A DNA stretch of 64,000 nt from an uncultured Candidatus Rokubacteria bacterium (GCA_963754315.1 CAVWFS010000019.1:832001-896000); one strand, 5' to 3'; shown: positions 1-9,850, numbered from the stretch's first letter. The notes: a model not told the origin generated them from the letters alone. Numbers and translations are program-made.

Positions 1-444
1 GCCGTCCGCGCACCGGCGGCGGAGGTGGCCGCCCAGCTGAAGGCCGCCTTCCCTGAACCCGACTTCTACCTGGACGACGAGGCCGTGCGCGAGGCCATCG
101 TCGCCCGATCCATGTTCAACCTCCTCGATGCCCGGGAGGGTGGCAAGGTCGACTTCTGGCTGTTGACCGACGAGGACTTCGACCGCGCCCGCTTCGACCG
201 GCGCTACGTTGAGGTCTTCGAGGGGCAGCGGCTGTTCGTCTCGCGGCCAGAGGACACGATCCTGATGAAGCTCCGGTGGGCAGCCATGCTGGGGGGGAGC
301 GAGAAGCAGTTCACCGACGCGCTACGCGTATGGGAGGTCCAGCACGGCCGCCTCGACGAGGAATATCTGGACCGATGGGCGCGGGCGCTCCAGGTCGCGG
401 ACGCGCTCGGTCGGCTCCGGCAGGAAGCGCGGCCGCTCCCGTAG
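1..444 (+). CDS. 5'-partial nucleotidyltransferase-like hypothetical protein
   Basis: Frame is open from base 1. KVDFW, SRPEDTILMKLRW, SEKQFTDA and LDEEYLDRWA resemble small MNT/DUF6036-like proteins. Confidence 0.55.
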   Translation, partial: AVRAPAAEVAAQLKAAFPEPDFYLDDEAVREAIVARSMFNLLDAREGGKVDFWLLTDEDFDRARFDRRYVEVFEGQRLFVSRPEDTILMKLRWAAMLGGSEKQFTDALRVWEVQHGRLDEEYLDRWARALQVADALGRLRQEARPLP

Positions 445-461
445 TCGGGTCGTCGCTCGGG

Positions 462-824
462 CTACCCGAAGGCCAGGTTCAGCGCGATAGCAACCGCCGC
501 CAGGCGCTTGTCGCGGGTCCACAAGCGCGCGGGAGCAGCGAGGGCGGTCGATGCCAGCAGATGGACGTCGACGAATCCGATGCCGCGCCCCATCAGCGCG
601 CGCTGCTCGAGAAAGGCGAGCGCTTCGGCGTGCGTCGCCATGGGTGCCGAGGGCAATCGGCTGAGCAGATCGAGCACCTCGCGCCGATGCTTCAAGGTCC
701 CGCAGGCTAGCTCGCCGATGACAAAGGGATGGGCCAGCACGCGTCCGATCCCGAGCTCGGCGGAGAGCGCCGCATTCCCCCACCGGAGATGCTCCACCCA
801 AATCGACGTGTCGACCAGAATCAC
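462..824 (-). CDS. vapC: VapC PIN-domain toxin
   Basis: MILVDTSIW...HPFVIGEL...GIGFVDVHLLAS...LWTRDKRL; 4-bp overlap with the upstream antitoxin. Confidence 0.93.
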   Translation of the reverse strand: MILVDTSIWVEHLRWGNAALSAELGIGRVLAHPFVIGELACGTLKHRREVLDLLSRLPSAPMATHAEALAFLEQRALMGRGIGFVDVHLLASTALAAPARLWTRDKRLAAVAIALNLAFG

Positions 825-1027
825 CGGTCATTCGCCCTCTTCGGGCGCCGACGCGGCGAGACCCGTAGCAGCCTCTCGGTCGCGCCGAGCCGTGCCAGTC
901 GTCGGGCACTCTCGCGCTCTATCAGCGCGCGCAATCCCTCGTGGATGAGGGCGGTGCGCTCGGTCATCCCCGTGAGGCGCTGTGCCTCACCGAGTAAGCG
1001 GTCGTCGAGATTGAACGTTGTGCGCAT
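821..1027 (-). CDS. vapB: VapB antitoxin (RHH-type)
   Basis: MRTTFNLDDRLLGEAQRLTG...LIERESARRLARLG; directly upstream of vapC. Confidence 0.9.
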   Translation of the reverse strand: MRTTFNLDDRLLGEAQRLTGMTERTALIHEGLRALIERESARRLARLGATERLLRVSPRRRPKRANDR

Positions 1028-1110
1028 GCCCCCTCCGATTCGTATGCATCAAGAGTACATCAAATGATGACGAAAGAGAAGCCCGGCAAGGACATACCCC
1101 TGAATCGCCT

Positions 1111-2001
1111 TCATGGCGATCCTCCTTCCGAGCTCAGCGCGGCGATATCGTCGGCCAGGGTCACGAGGCGCTGGGCCTCCTCGACGTGGAGATTCTCGAC
1201 GAGGCGCCCGTCGACGACGACCACGCCCTTGCCTTGCAGGGTGGCCTCCGCATGAGCGGCCATGACGCGGCGCGCCCATGAGATCTCGTCCGCTGACGGC
1301 GCGAAGATCTCGTTGGCGAGGGTGATCGTCTTCGGATGTATGAGCGTCTTGCCCTCGAAGCCCATCGCGCGGGCCTGGTGGCAGGCTGCGGCAAAGCCCG
1401 CCTCGTCCTCCAGGTCGAGGTGGACACCGTCGAGGGCGGCCAGGCCGTGGGCGCGGGCGGCCAGCACGCACAGGCCGAGGCTCGTCACCAGTGGCTGGCG
1501 GTCGCGCGTATGCCGGGCGTGGAGGTCTTTCGTGAGGTCCGAGGTGCCCATCACCAGGGCGGCCACCCGCGGGCCGGCGGCCGCGATCGCCTCCGCGCGA
1601 AGGATGCCACGCGGGGTCTCCAGCATGCACCACACGGCCAGCCCCTCCGGGGCTCCTTGGATGGCCAGTATGCGGAGCGCCTCGTCCACACCCTCGGCGT
1701 CCTCGACCTTGGGCAGCAGCACCGCGTCGGCACCAGAGCCGGCCGCGGCCGAGAGGTCTGCCTTACCCCAAGGCGTCGCGAGCGCGTTTACGCGAATCAC
1801 GATCTCGCGTCGGCCATAACCGCCGGTCCGGGCCGCCGCGCACGCCATGGCCCGCGCGGTCTCCTTGGCGTCAGGCGCCACCGCGTCTTCGAGATCGAAG
1901 ATCAGCGCGTCTGCCGGGAGCGTCTTGGCCTTGTCCAGCGCACGCGAGTTGGAGGCCGGCATGAAGAGGACGCTGCGTCGAGGTCGTATCCGTCCGTTCA
2001 C
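1111..2001 (-). CDS. CitE-like CoA ester lyase (citryl/malyl-CoA lyase or thioesterase family)
   Basis: RRSVLFMP, IFDLEDAVAP, RVN, MLETPRG, GFEGKTLIHP, DGRLVENLH motifs. Confidence 0.9.
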   Translation of the reverse strand: MNGRIRPRRSVLFMPASNSRALDKAKTLPADALIFDLEDAVAPDAKETARAMACAAARTGGYGRREIVIRVNALATPWGKADLSAAAGSGADAVLLPKVEDAEGVDEALRILAIQGAPEGLAVWCMLETPRGILRAEAIAAAGPRVAALVMGTSDLTKDLHARHTRDRQPLVTSLGLCVLAARAHGLAALDGVHLDLEDEAGFAAACHQARAMGFEGKTLIHPKTITLANEIFAPSADEISWARRVMAAHAEATLQGKGVVVVDGRLVENLHVEEAQRLVTLADDIAALSSEGGSP

Positions 2002-2369
2002 ACCTTCCCCAGCGGCTGGTTGAAACTGAGTCGGTTACCGAACGGGTCGGTCACATCCATGACCTTCGCGTTCCACGGCGCCAGCTCGACCCCGGGGTTC
2101 ATGTTCGGGTTCGGGCGTGAATGGAGCTCGCGATGCAAAGCCTCCACGTCATCGGTATTGATGAAGACCTTGGCCCCCGGACAGCAGTCGCCATAGTGCT
2201 CGGTGAGATGGAGCACGACCGGGCGGCGCGAGACTTGGATGTATCGGGGACCCCCCGCCCCCGTCTGGTGCTCCCAGTCGAGCTTGAACCCAAGCCAATC
2301 GACGTAGAAAGCCTTGGCCAAGGTCACGTCGAAGACCCTCAGGACGGGAATCGGTGGCTCCAAGGTCAT
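1998..2369 (-). CDS. VOC/glyoxalase-bleomycin resistance superfamily protein
   Basis: AKAFYVDWLGFKLDWEH, LHLTEHYGDCCPG, VTDPFGNRL; start placed at MTLEPP behind a GAGGA RBS. Confidence 0.85.
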   Translation of the reverse strand: MTLEPPIPVLRVFDVTLAKAFYVDWLGFKLDWEHQTGAGGPRYIQVSRRPVVLHLTEHYGDCCPGAKVFINTDDVEALHRELHSRPNPNMNPGVELAPWNAKVMDVTDPFGNRLSFNQPLGKV

Positions 2370-2539
2370 GGAATCGTCCTCACCCAGAGACGGAGTGCCG
2401 CCAACCTTCGCGCTCGACGGCCGGGGCAGAGGTCGACCACCTCGGCCTCTCACAGACCATGCTAGCCACGTGCAGAGACCGGGTCAACGGCAAGCACTCG
2501 GAGGCCGAGGCTCGTCGGCCCCGTGATACGCTCCGCCGG

Positions 2540-3172
2540 ATGCCGGCGGCCACGAGCTCGTGCCACGACTTTGGGTTCACGGCCCGGGAGCTGCGCACCT
2601 TGCGCGCGTTCCGTACCCCACGCGGCGTCCAGCGCGCGCTCGACAGCATGCCCTACCACCTGGCACCGACGGCGTGGCCGCCCCGCCGGGTTCTCCATGA
2701 GTGGACCGCGCACTGTCTTGAAGGCGCCGTGTTCGCTGCGGTCGCCCTGCGCGTGCTCGGCTTCCCGCCCCTGCTTCTCGACCTGGAGGCCGTGGAGGAT
2801 ACCGACCACGTGATCGCCGTCTTTCGTGAGCGCGGCCACTGGGGCGCCATCGCCAAATCGAACTTCTCCGGGCTCCGGTATCGCGAGCCCGTGCACCGGA
2901 CCTTGCGCGAGCTGGTGATGAGCTACTTCGAGGGCTACGTGAACCTGCGCGGCGACCGTACCTTGCGCGCCTACTCGCGGCCGATCTCGCTGGCCCGCTT
3001 CGATCGTTGGCGTCCGGGCTGGATGACTTCGGATGGTGACGTGTGGTGGGTCGCCGAGCATCTCCTGCACACACCCCACATCCCGCTGTTGACGCCGCTG
3101 ATGATCCGGCGCCTCACCCGGGTCGATCGCCGTTCGCTCGAGGCAGCCCGGCTCGGTTACCAGGGCTCCTGA
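2540..3172 (+). CDS. Conserved hypothetical protein, possibly transglutaminase/papain-like
   Basis: GC3-rich frame with AHCLEGAVFAA, DHVIAVF, WGAIAKSNFSGLRYREP. Start uncertain. Confidence 0.7.
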   Translation: MPAATSSCHDFGFTARELRTLRAFRTPRGVQRALDSMPYHLAPTAWPPRRVLHEWTAHCLEGAVFAAVALRVLGFPPLLLDLEAVEDTDHVIAVFRERGHWGAIAKSNFSGLRYREPVHRTLRELVMSYFEGYVNLRGDRTLRAYSRPISLARFDRWRPGWMTSDGDVWWVAEHLLHTPHIPLLTPLMIRRLTRVDRRSLEAARLGYQGS

Positions 3173-3182
3173 CAAGCTGTCC

Positions 3183-4253
3183 TCAGCGAAACCGAGGAAT
3201 CACTCCCTCGCCGAAGCGCCGCATCGACTCCATGATGGCCGTGTGGGGCAGGTAGCCGGTGCTGAGCTGACACAGGAGGTGATGCGCGCCGGCCGCGCGC
3301 AGCTCGGCCACCTGATCGGCCACCCGGGCCGCCGTACCGTAAAAGGCGGCTGTCTCGAGCGAGTACCGCACGCCATCCTCGTCCGAGACATTAGGATCGT
3401 TCCAGGGATTGACGCGTTCGAGAGGAAGCCCAAAATCGGCGGGGTTGTGGGTGGCGCGGGCGTGGACCATGTGGTGACGCGTCTTCAGGAGCGCGCCGGT
3501 GAGCTCGTCCTCGGCTTGGGCCTGGCTGTCGGAGACGTGAACGAAGCGCCACACGGCTGCCTGTTCGCGGAGCCGTCCCTGGGTCTGCGCATCGAGGCCG
3601 CTCTCGGCCAGGCCCGCCTCGTAGAGGGCAAGCCGCTCGGGAACACGGGCCAGCGGGATGCGCGCGGTCATGATCGGCGCCCCCAGGCGGCCGTACTCGC
3701 GGACGGAAGCGGCCGAGGAGGCGCTGCGCCAGATGGGCGGGTGCGGCAGCTGGCGTGGACGCGGCCGCAGCTCGGGCAACCGGACCTGGTAGAACTTTCC
3801 CTCGTGGACCAGCGGTGCCTGGGTCCACGCGCGAACCATCACCTCCAGGGTTTCCGCCATGCGCTCGCGGCTGTCGTCGCTGCGGAGCCCGAACCCGACG
3901 AACTCGTACTCGTTGTAGTTGGTCCCGTGGCCTACGCCGACGTCGAGCCGGCCATCCGACAGATTATCGAGGAGCGCCAGCTGGGTGGCCAGGCGGATGG
4001 GGTGGCGCAGGGCGAGCTGCAGGACGGCGAAGCCGATCCGGATGCGTGAGGTGCGGGCCGCCACCACGCTGGCCAGCGGAATGGGATCACAGTAGACGCT
4101 CTCGCCCGTGAAGTTGTGCTCGGTCAGCCAGATGCCGTCGAAGCCCACCGCCTCCGCGAAGCACGCCTGGGTGGCGACGTCCTGGATGGCGGCGAAGTCG
4201 GCCTCGGGCGACGGGGACAGGCCAAGGGTCAGCCAGCCGAACCGCATCGTCAT
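3183..4253 (-). CDS. LLM-class flavin-dependent oxidoreductase
   Basis: GFDGIWLTEHNF, RTSRIRIG, LLDNLSDGRLDVGVG, PRQLPHPPIW, MRRFGEGVIP. Confidence 0.92.
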   Translation of the reverse strand: MTMRFGWLTLGLSPSPEADFAAIQDVATQACFAEAVGFDGIWLTEHNFTGESVYCDPIPLASVVAARTSRIRIGFAVLQLALRHPIRLATQLALLDNLSDGRLDVGVGHGTNYNEYEFVGFGLRSDDSRERMAETLEVMVRAWTQAPLVHEGKFYQVRLPELRPRPRQLPHPPIWRSASSAASVREYGRLGAPIMTARIPLARVPERLALYEAGLAESGLDAQTQGRLREQAAVWRFVHVSDSQAQAEDELTGALLKTRHHMVHARATHNPADFGLPLERVNPWNDPNVSDEDGVRYSLETAAFYGTAARVADQVAELRAAGAHHLLCQLSTGYLPHTAIMESMRRFGEGVIPRFR

Positions 4254-4254
4254 A

Positions 4255-5163
4255 CTAGGAGGCGAGCGCTCGGCGCACCTCGGCCAGGCGTGCCATGGAG
4301 CCCAGCACCTTGGGCTGGTCGTCGGTGAGGTGCCGGACTATGACGTCGGTATACCCCATGCTTGCCAGAGGTCGGATCTGGCCGACGACCTCGCTGACGT
4401 CGCCGATCACCAGCGACTCACGAGAGAAGCCGCGATAGCCTCGGGCGAGGACCGCGTCGGCGGTGGCTCGGGCCTCGGCGGGGCTCTCCCCCACGTACAG
4501 GTCGCGCCGAATCGCGATGGCGGTGGGTCGACGGCCGTGAGCGGCGCAACGCTCCCTGTAGTAGTCGATCTGGCTTCGTGCGTCGTCGAGCTTCAGGGAT
4601 GGCGACGCCAGAAAGCCGTCGGCGAGTCGCGCCGCCCGGTCGATGGCGGGGAGGGCCTGGCCGCCGATCCAGTACTCCACGTTCTCGGCGGGGCGCAGCG
4701 CCACCATCGCGTTCTCGAAGGCGAAGCGGCGACCGCCGCTCACCGTTTCCCCACGGAGCAGGCGCTGGATGATGCCGAGGGCCTCCTCGAAGGCCGATGG
4801 CCGCTGCTTGATCTCGGCCCCCATGGCGGCGAACTGGGGCTGGCCGTCCCCGAGCCCGCACTGGAAGATGAAACGGCCGCTTGTGATGGAAGCCAGGGTG
4901 CCCACCTGCTCGGCTACCAGCACGGGGTTCCACATCGGCAGCAAAAAGAGGCAGCCGGCGGGCCGGTCACCCCACTCGGCGAGCAGCCGCCCCAGCATGG
5001 GAACGTTCTGGTAGTACGGCGTGGGAGTCGAGTGGTGGTCGCCGACGAAAAGCGAGTCGAGCCCCGCCCGGTGGGCCGCCGCTGCCCGCTCGATCATCCA
5101 GCGGGCGCCCTCCCGCGGATCCTTCACCGCATGACTGCTCGTCAATGAAATCCCGACACGCAT
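4255..5163 (-). CDS. LLM-class flavin-dependent oxidoreductase
   Basis: GLDSLFVGDHH, NPVLVAEQVGTL, WIGG...AIDRAARLADG; start placed at MRVGISL. Confidence 0.9.
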   Translation of the reverse strand: MRVGISLTSSHAVKDPREGARWMIERAAAAHRAGLDSLFVGDHHSTPTPYYQNVPMLGRLLAEWGDRPAGCLFLLPMWNPVLVAEQVGTLASITSGRFIFQCGLGDGQPQFAAMGAEIKQRPSAFEEALGIIQRLLRGETVSGGRRFAFENAMVALRPAENVEYWIGGQALPAIDRAARLADGFLASPSLKLDDARSQIDYYRERCAAHGRRPTAIAIRRDLYVGESPAEARATADAVLARGYRGFSRESLVIGDVSEVVGQIRPLASMGYTDVIVRHLTDDQPKVLGSMARLAEVRRALAS

Positions 5164-5333
5164 GCGAGACCTCCCCCGCCCTGCTCCGGGCGCGGCTCGA
5201 CCATACACGAAAATTGCCCGCCCCATCCCGTCAGGGGCGCTCATACTGCTATGGCTCGAACACCATATCACCGCGACGGTGACCCGGAACCACGAGCCCG
5301 TGGACGGGTCGACTGTGTCGAGGGAAGGCGGCG

Positions 5334-6515
5334 ATGGACTTCAGCCTGAGCCCAAAGGAGGAAGAATTCCGCTCGGAGTTACGTGGCTGGCTTGCCACGA
5401 ACCTGCCCGACCACCGCAAGAACCATCCGCCGTCCGACGACGAGCTGTCGCTCCACCCCGACAAGTCGTTCGACGCCTGCCGCATCTGGCACCGACGCCT
5501 GAACGCCGGGGGCTGGATCGGCGTCCAGTGGCCGCGCGAGTACGGCGGCCGCGGCGCCGGCCTCGTGGAGCGCCTGCTCTACACCGAGGAGATGATCGCG
5601 GCCGGCGCGCCGCCCGGCGTGAACACCATCGGCTTGGCCATGGTCGGGCCCGCCGTGATGCACCATGGCACACAAGAGCAAAAGACGCGCTGGCTGCGGC
5701 CCATCCTCGCGGCGGACGAGATCTGGTGTCAGGGCTTCTCCGAGCCCGGCGCCGGCAGCGACCTCGCGAATCTGAGCACGCGCGCTCGGCTGGACGGCGA
5801 CGACTTCGTGGTGAGCGGCCAGAAGGTCTGGACGTCCAATGCCCACCGGTCGGACTACTGCATCCTCCTGGCGCGAACCGCCCCGGACGCGCCCAAGCAC
5901 AAGGGCATCTCCTGCCTGCTGGTCGACATGCATAGTCCCGGCGTCACCATCCGACCACTGGTCCAGGTGACGGGGGACGCCGAATTCAACGAGGTGTTCT
6001 TCGACGAGGTGCGGGTGCCGCGCTCGAGCCTGCTCGGACGCCTTCACGGTGGATGGGAGGTGGCCATCACCATTCTCATGTACGAGCGCATGTCGCTGGG
6101 CGGCCTGGTGGGCCTGCACCAGTACGTGGACCGAGTGCTGGCGCTGGCCCGTCACCACGCGGGCGCATCCGGCGATCCGGTCGTGCGCCAGCGCCTGGCC
6201 GATCTCTACATCGCGGGCCGTGCCCTCCGGCTCACGAACCTGCGCTACATGACCCGCGAGCTGCGTGGCGAGGCGCCCGGGGCGGAGGGCTCGGTCCTGA
6301 AGCTGACCTTCACTGACGCCTACAAGCAGATGGCCGACATCGCCACCCAGATCATCGGCCTCTATCACCAGATCTGGGGCGACGACCCGCTCGCCCCCGA
6401 GGGTGGCCGCTGGGCTTTCCAGGCGCTCTTTGCCAATCGCTTTGGCATCGCGGGGGGCACCGACCAGATCCAGCGCAGCATCATCGGAGAGCGCCTGCTC
6501 GGCTTGCCGCGCTGA
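5334..6515 (+). CDS. Acyl-CoA dehydrogenase family protein
   Basis: WCQGFSEPGAGSDLA, GQKVWTS, FNEVFFDEVRVP, IAGGTDQIQRSIIGERLLGLP. Confidence 0.95.
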   Translation: MDFSLSPKEEEFRSELRGWLATNLPDHRKNHPPSDDELSLHPDKSFDACRIWHRRLNAGGWIGVQWPREYGGRGAGLVERLLYTEEMIAAGAPPGVNTIGLAMVGPAVMHHGTQEQKTRWLRPILAADEIWCQGFSEPGAGSDLANLSTRARLDGDDFVVSGQKVWTSNAHRSDYCILLARTAPDAPKHKGISCLLVDMHSPGVTIRPLVQVTGDAEFNEVFFDEVRVPRSSLLGRLHGGWEVAITILMYERMSLGGLVGLHQYVDRVLALARHHAGASGDPVVRQRLADLYIAGRALRLTNLRYMTRELRGEAPGAEGSVLKLTFTDAYKQMADIATQIIGLYHQIWGDDPLAPEGGRWAFQALFANRFGIAGGTDQIQRSIIGERLLGLPR

Positions 6516-6714
6516 GCCCACGAGCCGACGCCGCCTGCCGCGCTGAGCCCGGCGACGAAGGGCACTCGAAAGTGCCTTATCGCTCCAGGAGGTTCACACA
6601 TCAGCCGAGGCGAGCTCACGCCCTAATAGCTGACGCAGGGGCTCCCGTCGGAATGGCGGCGGACATACTCGCCATCTTCCCCTGCCTACGGCTCGGAGGG
6701 CGATACTGCGGCGT

Positions 6715-8079
6715 TCAGGCAGCCGGGGCGCGCCGGGTGTTGGGTCTCCTGTGGCGGCCGCCGCGGCGCGGCCACCGGGGGCGATTCGGCGGCACCGGCG
6801 GCGTGAGCGGCGAATCCTTGAGGTTTCCGATGGAATCGGCAGGGTCGAAGTCGTCGTCAGCCTCGCCCTGGGGCGCGACGATCGTGCTGGGGGCTGCAGG
6901 GGCTGCCTCCTCGGTGGAGACCGGGGTCTCGGCCCGCGCTTCGGTCGGCCCGGTCTCCACATGTGCATCGGCCGGGCTGGGCTCGACGAGGGTGATCGTG
7001 CCCGTGCGGTTCACACTGATCTCTTTGATCCGTCTGAGCCGGGTGATCAACCGGGGCGAGCCGGGAGGTCGGCTGAACCCCCGAGTCTTCAGCGCGTTGG
7101 CCAACGTGTCGATCGTCACCGAGCGTGCCGGCGCGCGGTGAATGAGATCGCGAACGACCGCGATGATCTCGTCGTGAGGCGCCGTATGCGGCTCGCCCGA
7201 TGCCGGCTCGGTTCCGTTACCGCTAGCACTCGAAAGCGGCAATTCTGCCACCACGGGAACCGCGGGCGGAGCCGACACGGTCGGAGCGACCACGCTTGGT
7301 ACAACCACGCTTGGCGCAACCGTGGGCGTGCCTCGAACGGCCTCGTGCCAGCCACGGTGCCGGCCGCGGCGGCGATGCCGGCCGCGCGAATCGGTCGCGG
7401 ACGGCCTGACCGGTTCAGGGGTCGGCTCCGGGCCGGCGGTGGCGCCCACCAAGCCCTGGTACGAGAGCCGGCGGAACGCAATGCCCAGGCTCGCCGCCAC
7501 GTCGCCCACCGCGTCGAATGCCCGATCGTTGGTAACGATCTCAATGATGTCGCCCGGACGGGCAGACGCCAGCCACACGCCGGCGCCGACGGCGATCCGT
7601 AGATCGCTCCAGTCGCGCACGCCTGTGGAAGGAGCGCTGTGCAGGAGCTGGGCACCGTGGCGGGCAAGCAGCCGAGCAGTATCCTGCCCGATCACCTTCC
7701 AGTTGCCGACGGCCACGAAATCCGTGCGCCGTCCGAACCGGTCAACCGCGAGATGATCGATGACCTTGGCGATGTGTTCTGCTCGGCTCGTGTTCTCCAC
7801 GTCAAAGAAGATGGCGCGGCGCCCGACGGGGAATGGCCGCTCCGGCTCGGGCGGCACAGCGCGTGTGGCAAAGTCACGCTCGGGCTCGGCCACGACGATC
7901 TCTGGCTCGAGGACCGGGGTCCCCTGGGGCAGGTAGCTCGACTCGGGGCCCGATTCGAGGACGACCTCCGAGGCGGGCTGCGCGGCAGGGGCTAGAGGTG
8001 GTGTCTTCCTGGCCCTGGAACGGGAACGGCCTCGTTTGGCCGGCCGCCGGGCGACTGTCTTGGTCGGTGTTTTCTTCAC
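6715..8079 (-). CDS. NYN (PIN-like) domain protein with OST-HTH/LOTUS-like domain and low-complexity linkers
   Basis: AIFFDVEN...DWSDLRIA...IVTNDRAF acidic NYN motifs; LANALKTRGF...RL helical domain. GTG start chosen behind GGAG. Confidence 0.7.
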   Translation of the reverse strand: MKKTPTKTVARRPAKRGRSRSRARKTPPLAPAAQPASEVVLESGPESSYLPQGTPVLEPEIVVAEPERDFATRAVPPEPERPFPVGRRAIFFDVENTSRAEHIAKVIDHLAVDRFGRRTDFVAVGNWKVIGQDTARLLARHGAQLLHSAPSTGVRDWSDLRIAVGAGVWLASARPGDIIEIVTNDRAFDAVGDVAASLGIAFRRLSYQGLVGATAGPEPTPEPVRPSATDSRGRHRRRGRHRGWHEAVRGTPTVAPSVVVPSVVAPTVSAPPAVPVVAELPLSSASGNGTEPASGEPHTAPHDEIIAVVRDLIHRAPARSVTIDTLANALKTRGFSRPPGSPRLITRLRRIKEISVNRTGTITLVEPSPADAHVETGPTEARAETPVSTEEAAPAAPSTIVAPQGEADDDFDPADSIGNLKDSPLTPPVPPNRPRWPRRGGRHRRPNTRRAPAA

Positions 8080-8270
8080 TGGTCTCTCCGGTTGTTTAGG
8101 TCGGCGCACGACGACAGCGGCGACAGCCTCATCGAGGCGGAGGAGGGCAGACGGCGGAGAGCAGTTCTGGCCTGAGCCTTCAATGACTGACTTGTAGCTC
8201 GATGACTGCAGTCGTGAGCGTACCTCCAGCATACCACGCCGTACCGGCGCGCTCGAGGAAACCCTGCCTG

Positions 8271-9239
8271 TCAAGCCAATGGGCTAGCCCTGCCGGGAAT
8301 CCTCCTTCTTGGGGGGGACTGGCTGTCGCCAGCGTCACCCGGCGTCGTCCGGTCGTACCATCCACCGCCGTAGCCCCCCCAACTGCGCTCTTCGCCATGC
8401 CGGAACTGGCCATGGCCTCTCGCGCTTTCTGCGATGCCCCCCGACGTGACGATCAGTCCATCTCGCACCGCGGTCACGCCCGGCACCTTTGCGACCGTCT
8501 CGAGAACAGCCGACCGCTCGGCTTCCGTGCCCACCATACCCGTGAGCGTCAGGGCCCCGTTTTCGCACGCGAGGGAAACGAAGCGTGACCTGGTCGTCGG
8601 ATTGGCCATCAGCGCCGCCTTGGCTTGGGACGTTACGCTCAAGTCCAGCATCGAGCGACGCCCGTCGGGTCGCAACCCGAACCGTTCGTCGGCAAGCGCC
8701 TGCTCAATCATCCGCACGGCAGTGGCCACCGAGAGACGTTCGGTGTTGAGGACGAGGTCGTACAGGGACGGATCGTCCCAATCGACGTGATAGAGGAACC
8801 TGACGCGGGCCGCCCGTTCACGATCGGCCTGCCGGACATAGTCGCTTGCCGCTTCTCGGGTCAGCCCCAGATGGCTCTGAATCCACTCGGCGCGCAGACG
8901 CTGCGGAGCATTGGTTCGCACGCGCAGCACGTGGGGTATACGGCCAAGGACGATGGTCGAAGCGAGGCCCACCAGCACGACGTTGTCCCGGGCCGCTAGC
9001 TCGCAGATGGTGGACTCGATGTAGGTCACGTAGCGCTGCTGGCTGTGGGTGAGCCGCTCCCACAAGGTCGGCTTCTCCAAGGTGGCATGGGTCAGCTCCG
9101 TCACGTCTTCCCCATAGCTCTCGGCCGCCTTCGCGATGATCTCCCGGTCAGCGAACTCGTAACCGAGAGCCGAAGCAACCCCCCGCCCGATCTCCGGACC
9201 CCCGCTGCCCGCGCTTTCCGAAATGGCCACGATGCTCAT
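8271..9239 (-). CDS. Cytidylate kinase-like family protein with C-terminal BON domain
   Basis: VAISESAGSGG P-loop-like motif, YDLVLNT; C-terminal GALTLTGMV...VPGVTAVRDGL is BON-like. Confidence 0.82.
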   Translation of the reverse strand: MSIVAISESAGSGGPEIGRGVASALGYEFADREIIAKAAESYGEDVTELTHATLEKPTLWERLTHSQQRYVTYIESTICELAARDNVVLVGLASTIVLGRIPHVLRVRTNAPQRLRAEWIQSHLGLTREAASDYVRQADRERAARVRFLYHVDWDDPSLYDLVLNTERLSVATAVRMIEQALADERFGLRPDGRRSMLDLSVTSQAKAALMANPTTRSRFVSLACENGALTLTGMVGTEAERSAVLETVAKVPGVTAVRDGLIVTSGGIAESARGHGQFRHGEERSWGGYGGGWYDRTTPGDAGDSQSPPRRRIPGRASPLA

Positions 9240-9427
9240 CGCCCACCTCCCCTGGTGACTAGGCCCCAGAAAGCAAAATGCCCCCGCCAGCCGCCGCAGC
9301 GGCCAACGAGGGCATCGTTACGCTAGGAGCATGCTCCGCTCCTTTACTCTCCGAACGTGTCGAGCCTCGAACCTACAGCGAAGTCTAGGCGCACGCCCGG
9401 TCACCCGTCAACCGGGCCCGGCCAGCC

Positions 9428-9850
9428 TTAGTGGTTGTCCCCGCGGTGGGGGCGATGACCGTGGTGCTTGTAGCCGTGCTTGACCTTCCAGTGGCCCGGG
9501 GGCACCCACTTGTGCGTGTGGTAGATGACCGGTCGGGGCTGGACATACACCACCGCCGGCGGCCGGGGCGATGCGTACACGAACGCCGGGGGCGGTACGT
9601 ACACGAACGCCGGGGGCGGCGCATACACGACGGGTGGAGGCGCCACGACCACAGGACGGTGGACCACCACCGGCGCTGGCCGGCCGAAGAAGATGTCGTG
9701 GAGGACCGTCTCGCCCCGCACGAGCTGGTTGAAGACGGCAAACGCCCCAAGCCCCAGCGCCGCATCGGTGGCAGCCCCGGCCCGGGCGGGCTGGGCCGTC
9801 GCCACGAGCGTCGTGCCGCTGACGAGCACTGCCGCGAGCAATTTTTTCAT
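9428..9850 (-). CDS. Secreted proline-rich hypothetical protein
   Basis: Signal peptide MKKLLAAVL...ARA; repeated VYxPPP; PPGHWK tail; GGAGG RBS. Confidence 0.75.
   Translation of the reverse strand: MKKLLAAVLVSGTTLVATAQPARAGAATDAALGLGAFAVFNQLVRGETVLHDIFFGRPAPVVVHRPVVVAPPPVVYAPPPAFVYVPPPAFVYASPRPPAVVYVQPRPVIYHTHKWVPPGHWKVKHGYKHHGHRPHRGDNH

Noticed and set aside
6619..6702. Twister or hammerhead ribozyme, or group II intron domain V
   Set aside because: The CGCCCTAA...GGAGGGCG ends look superficially twister-like, but the conserved catalytic loop sequences (and CUGAUGA/GAAA) are absent.
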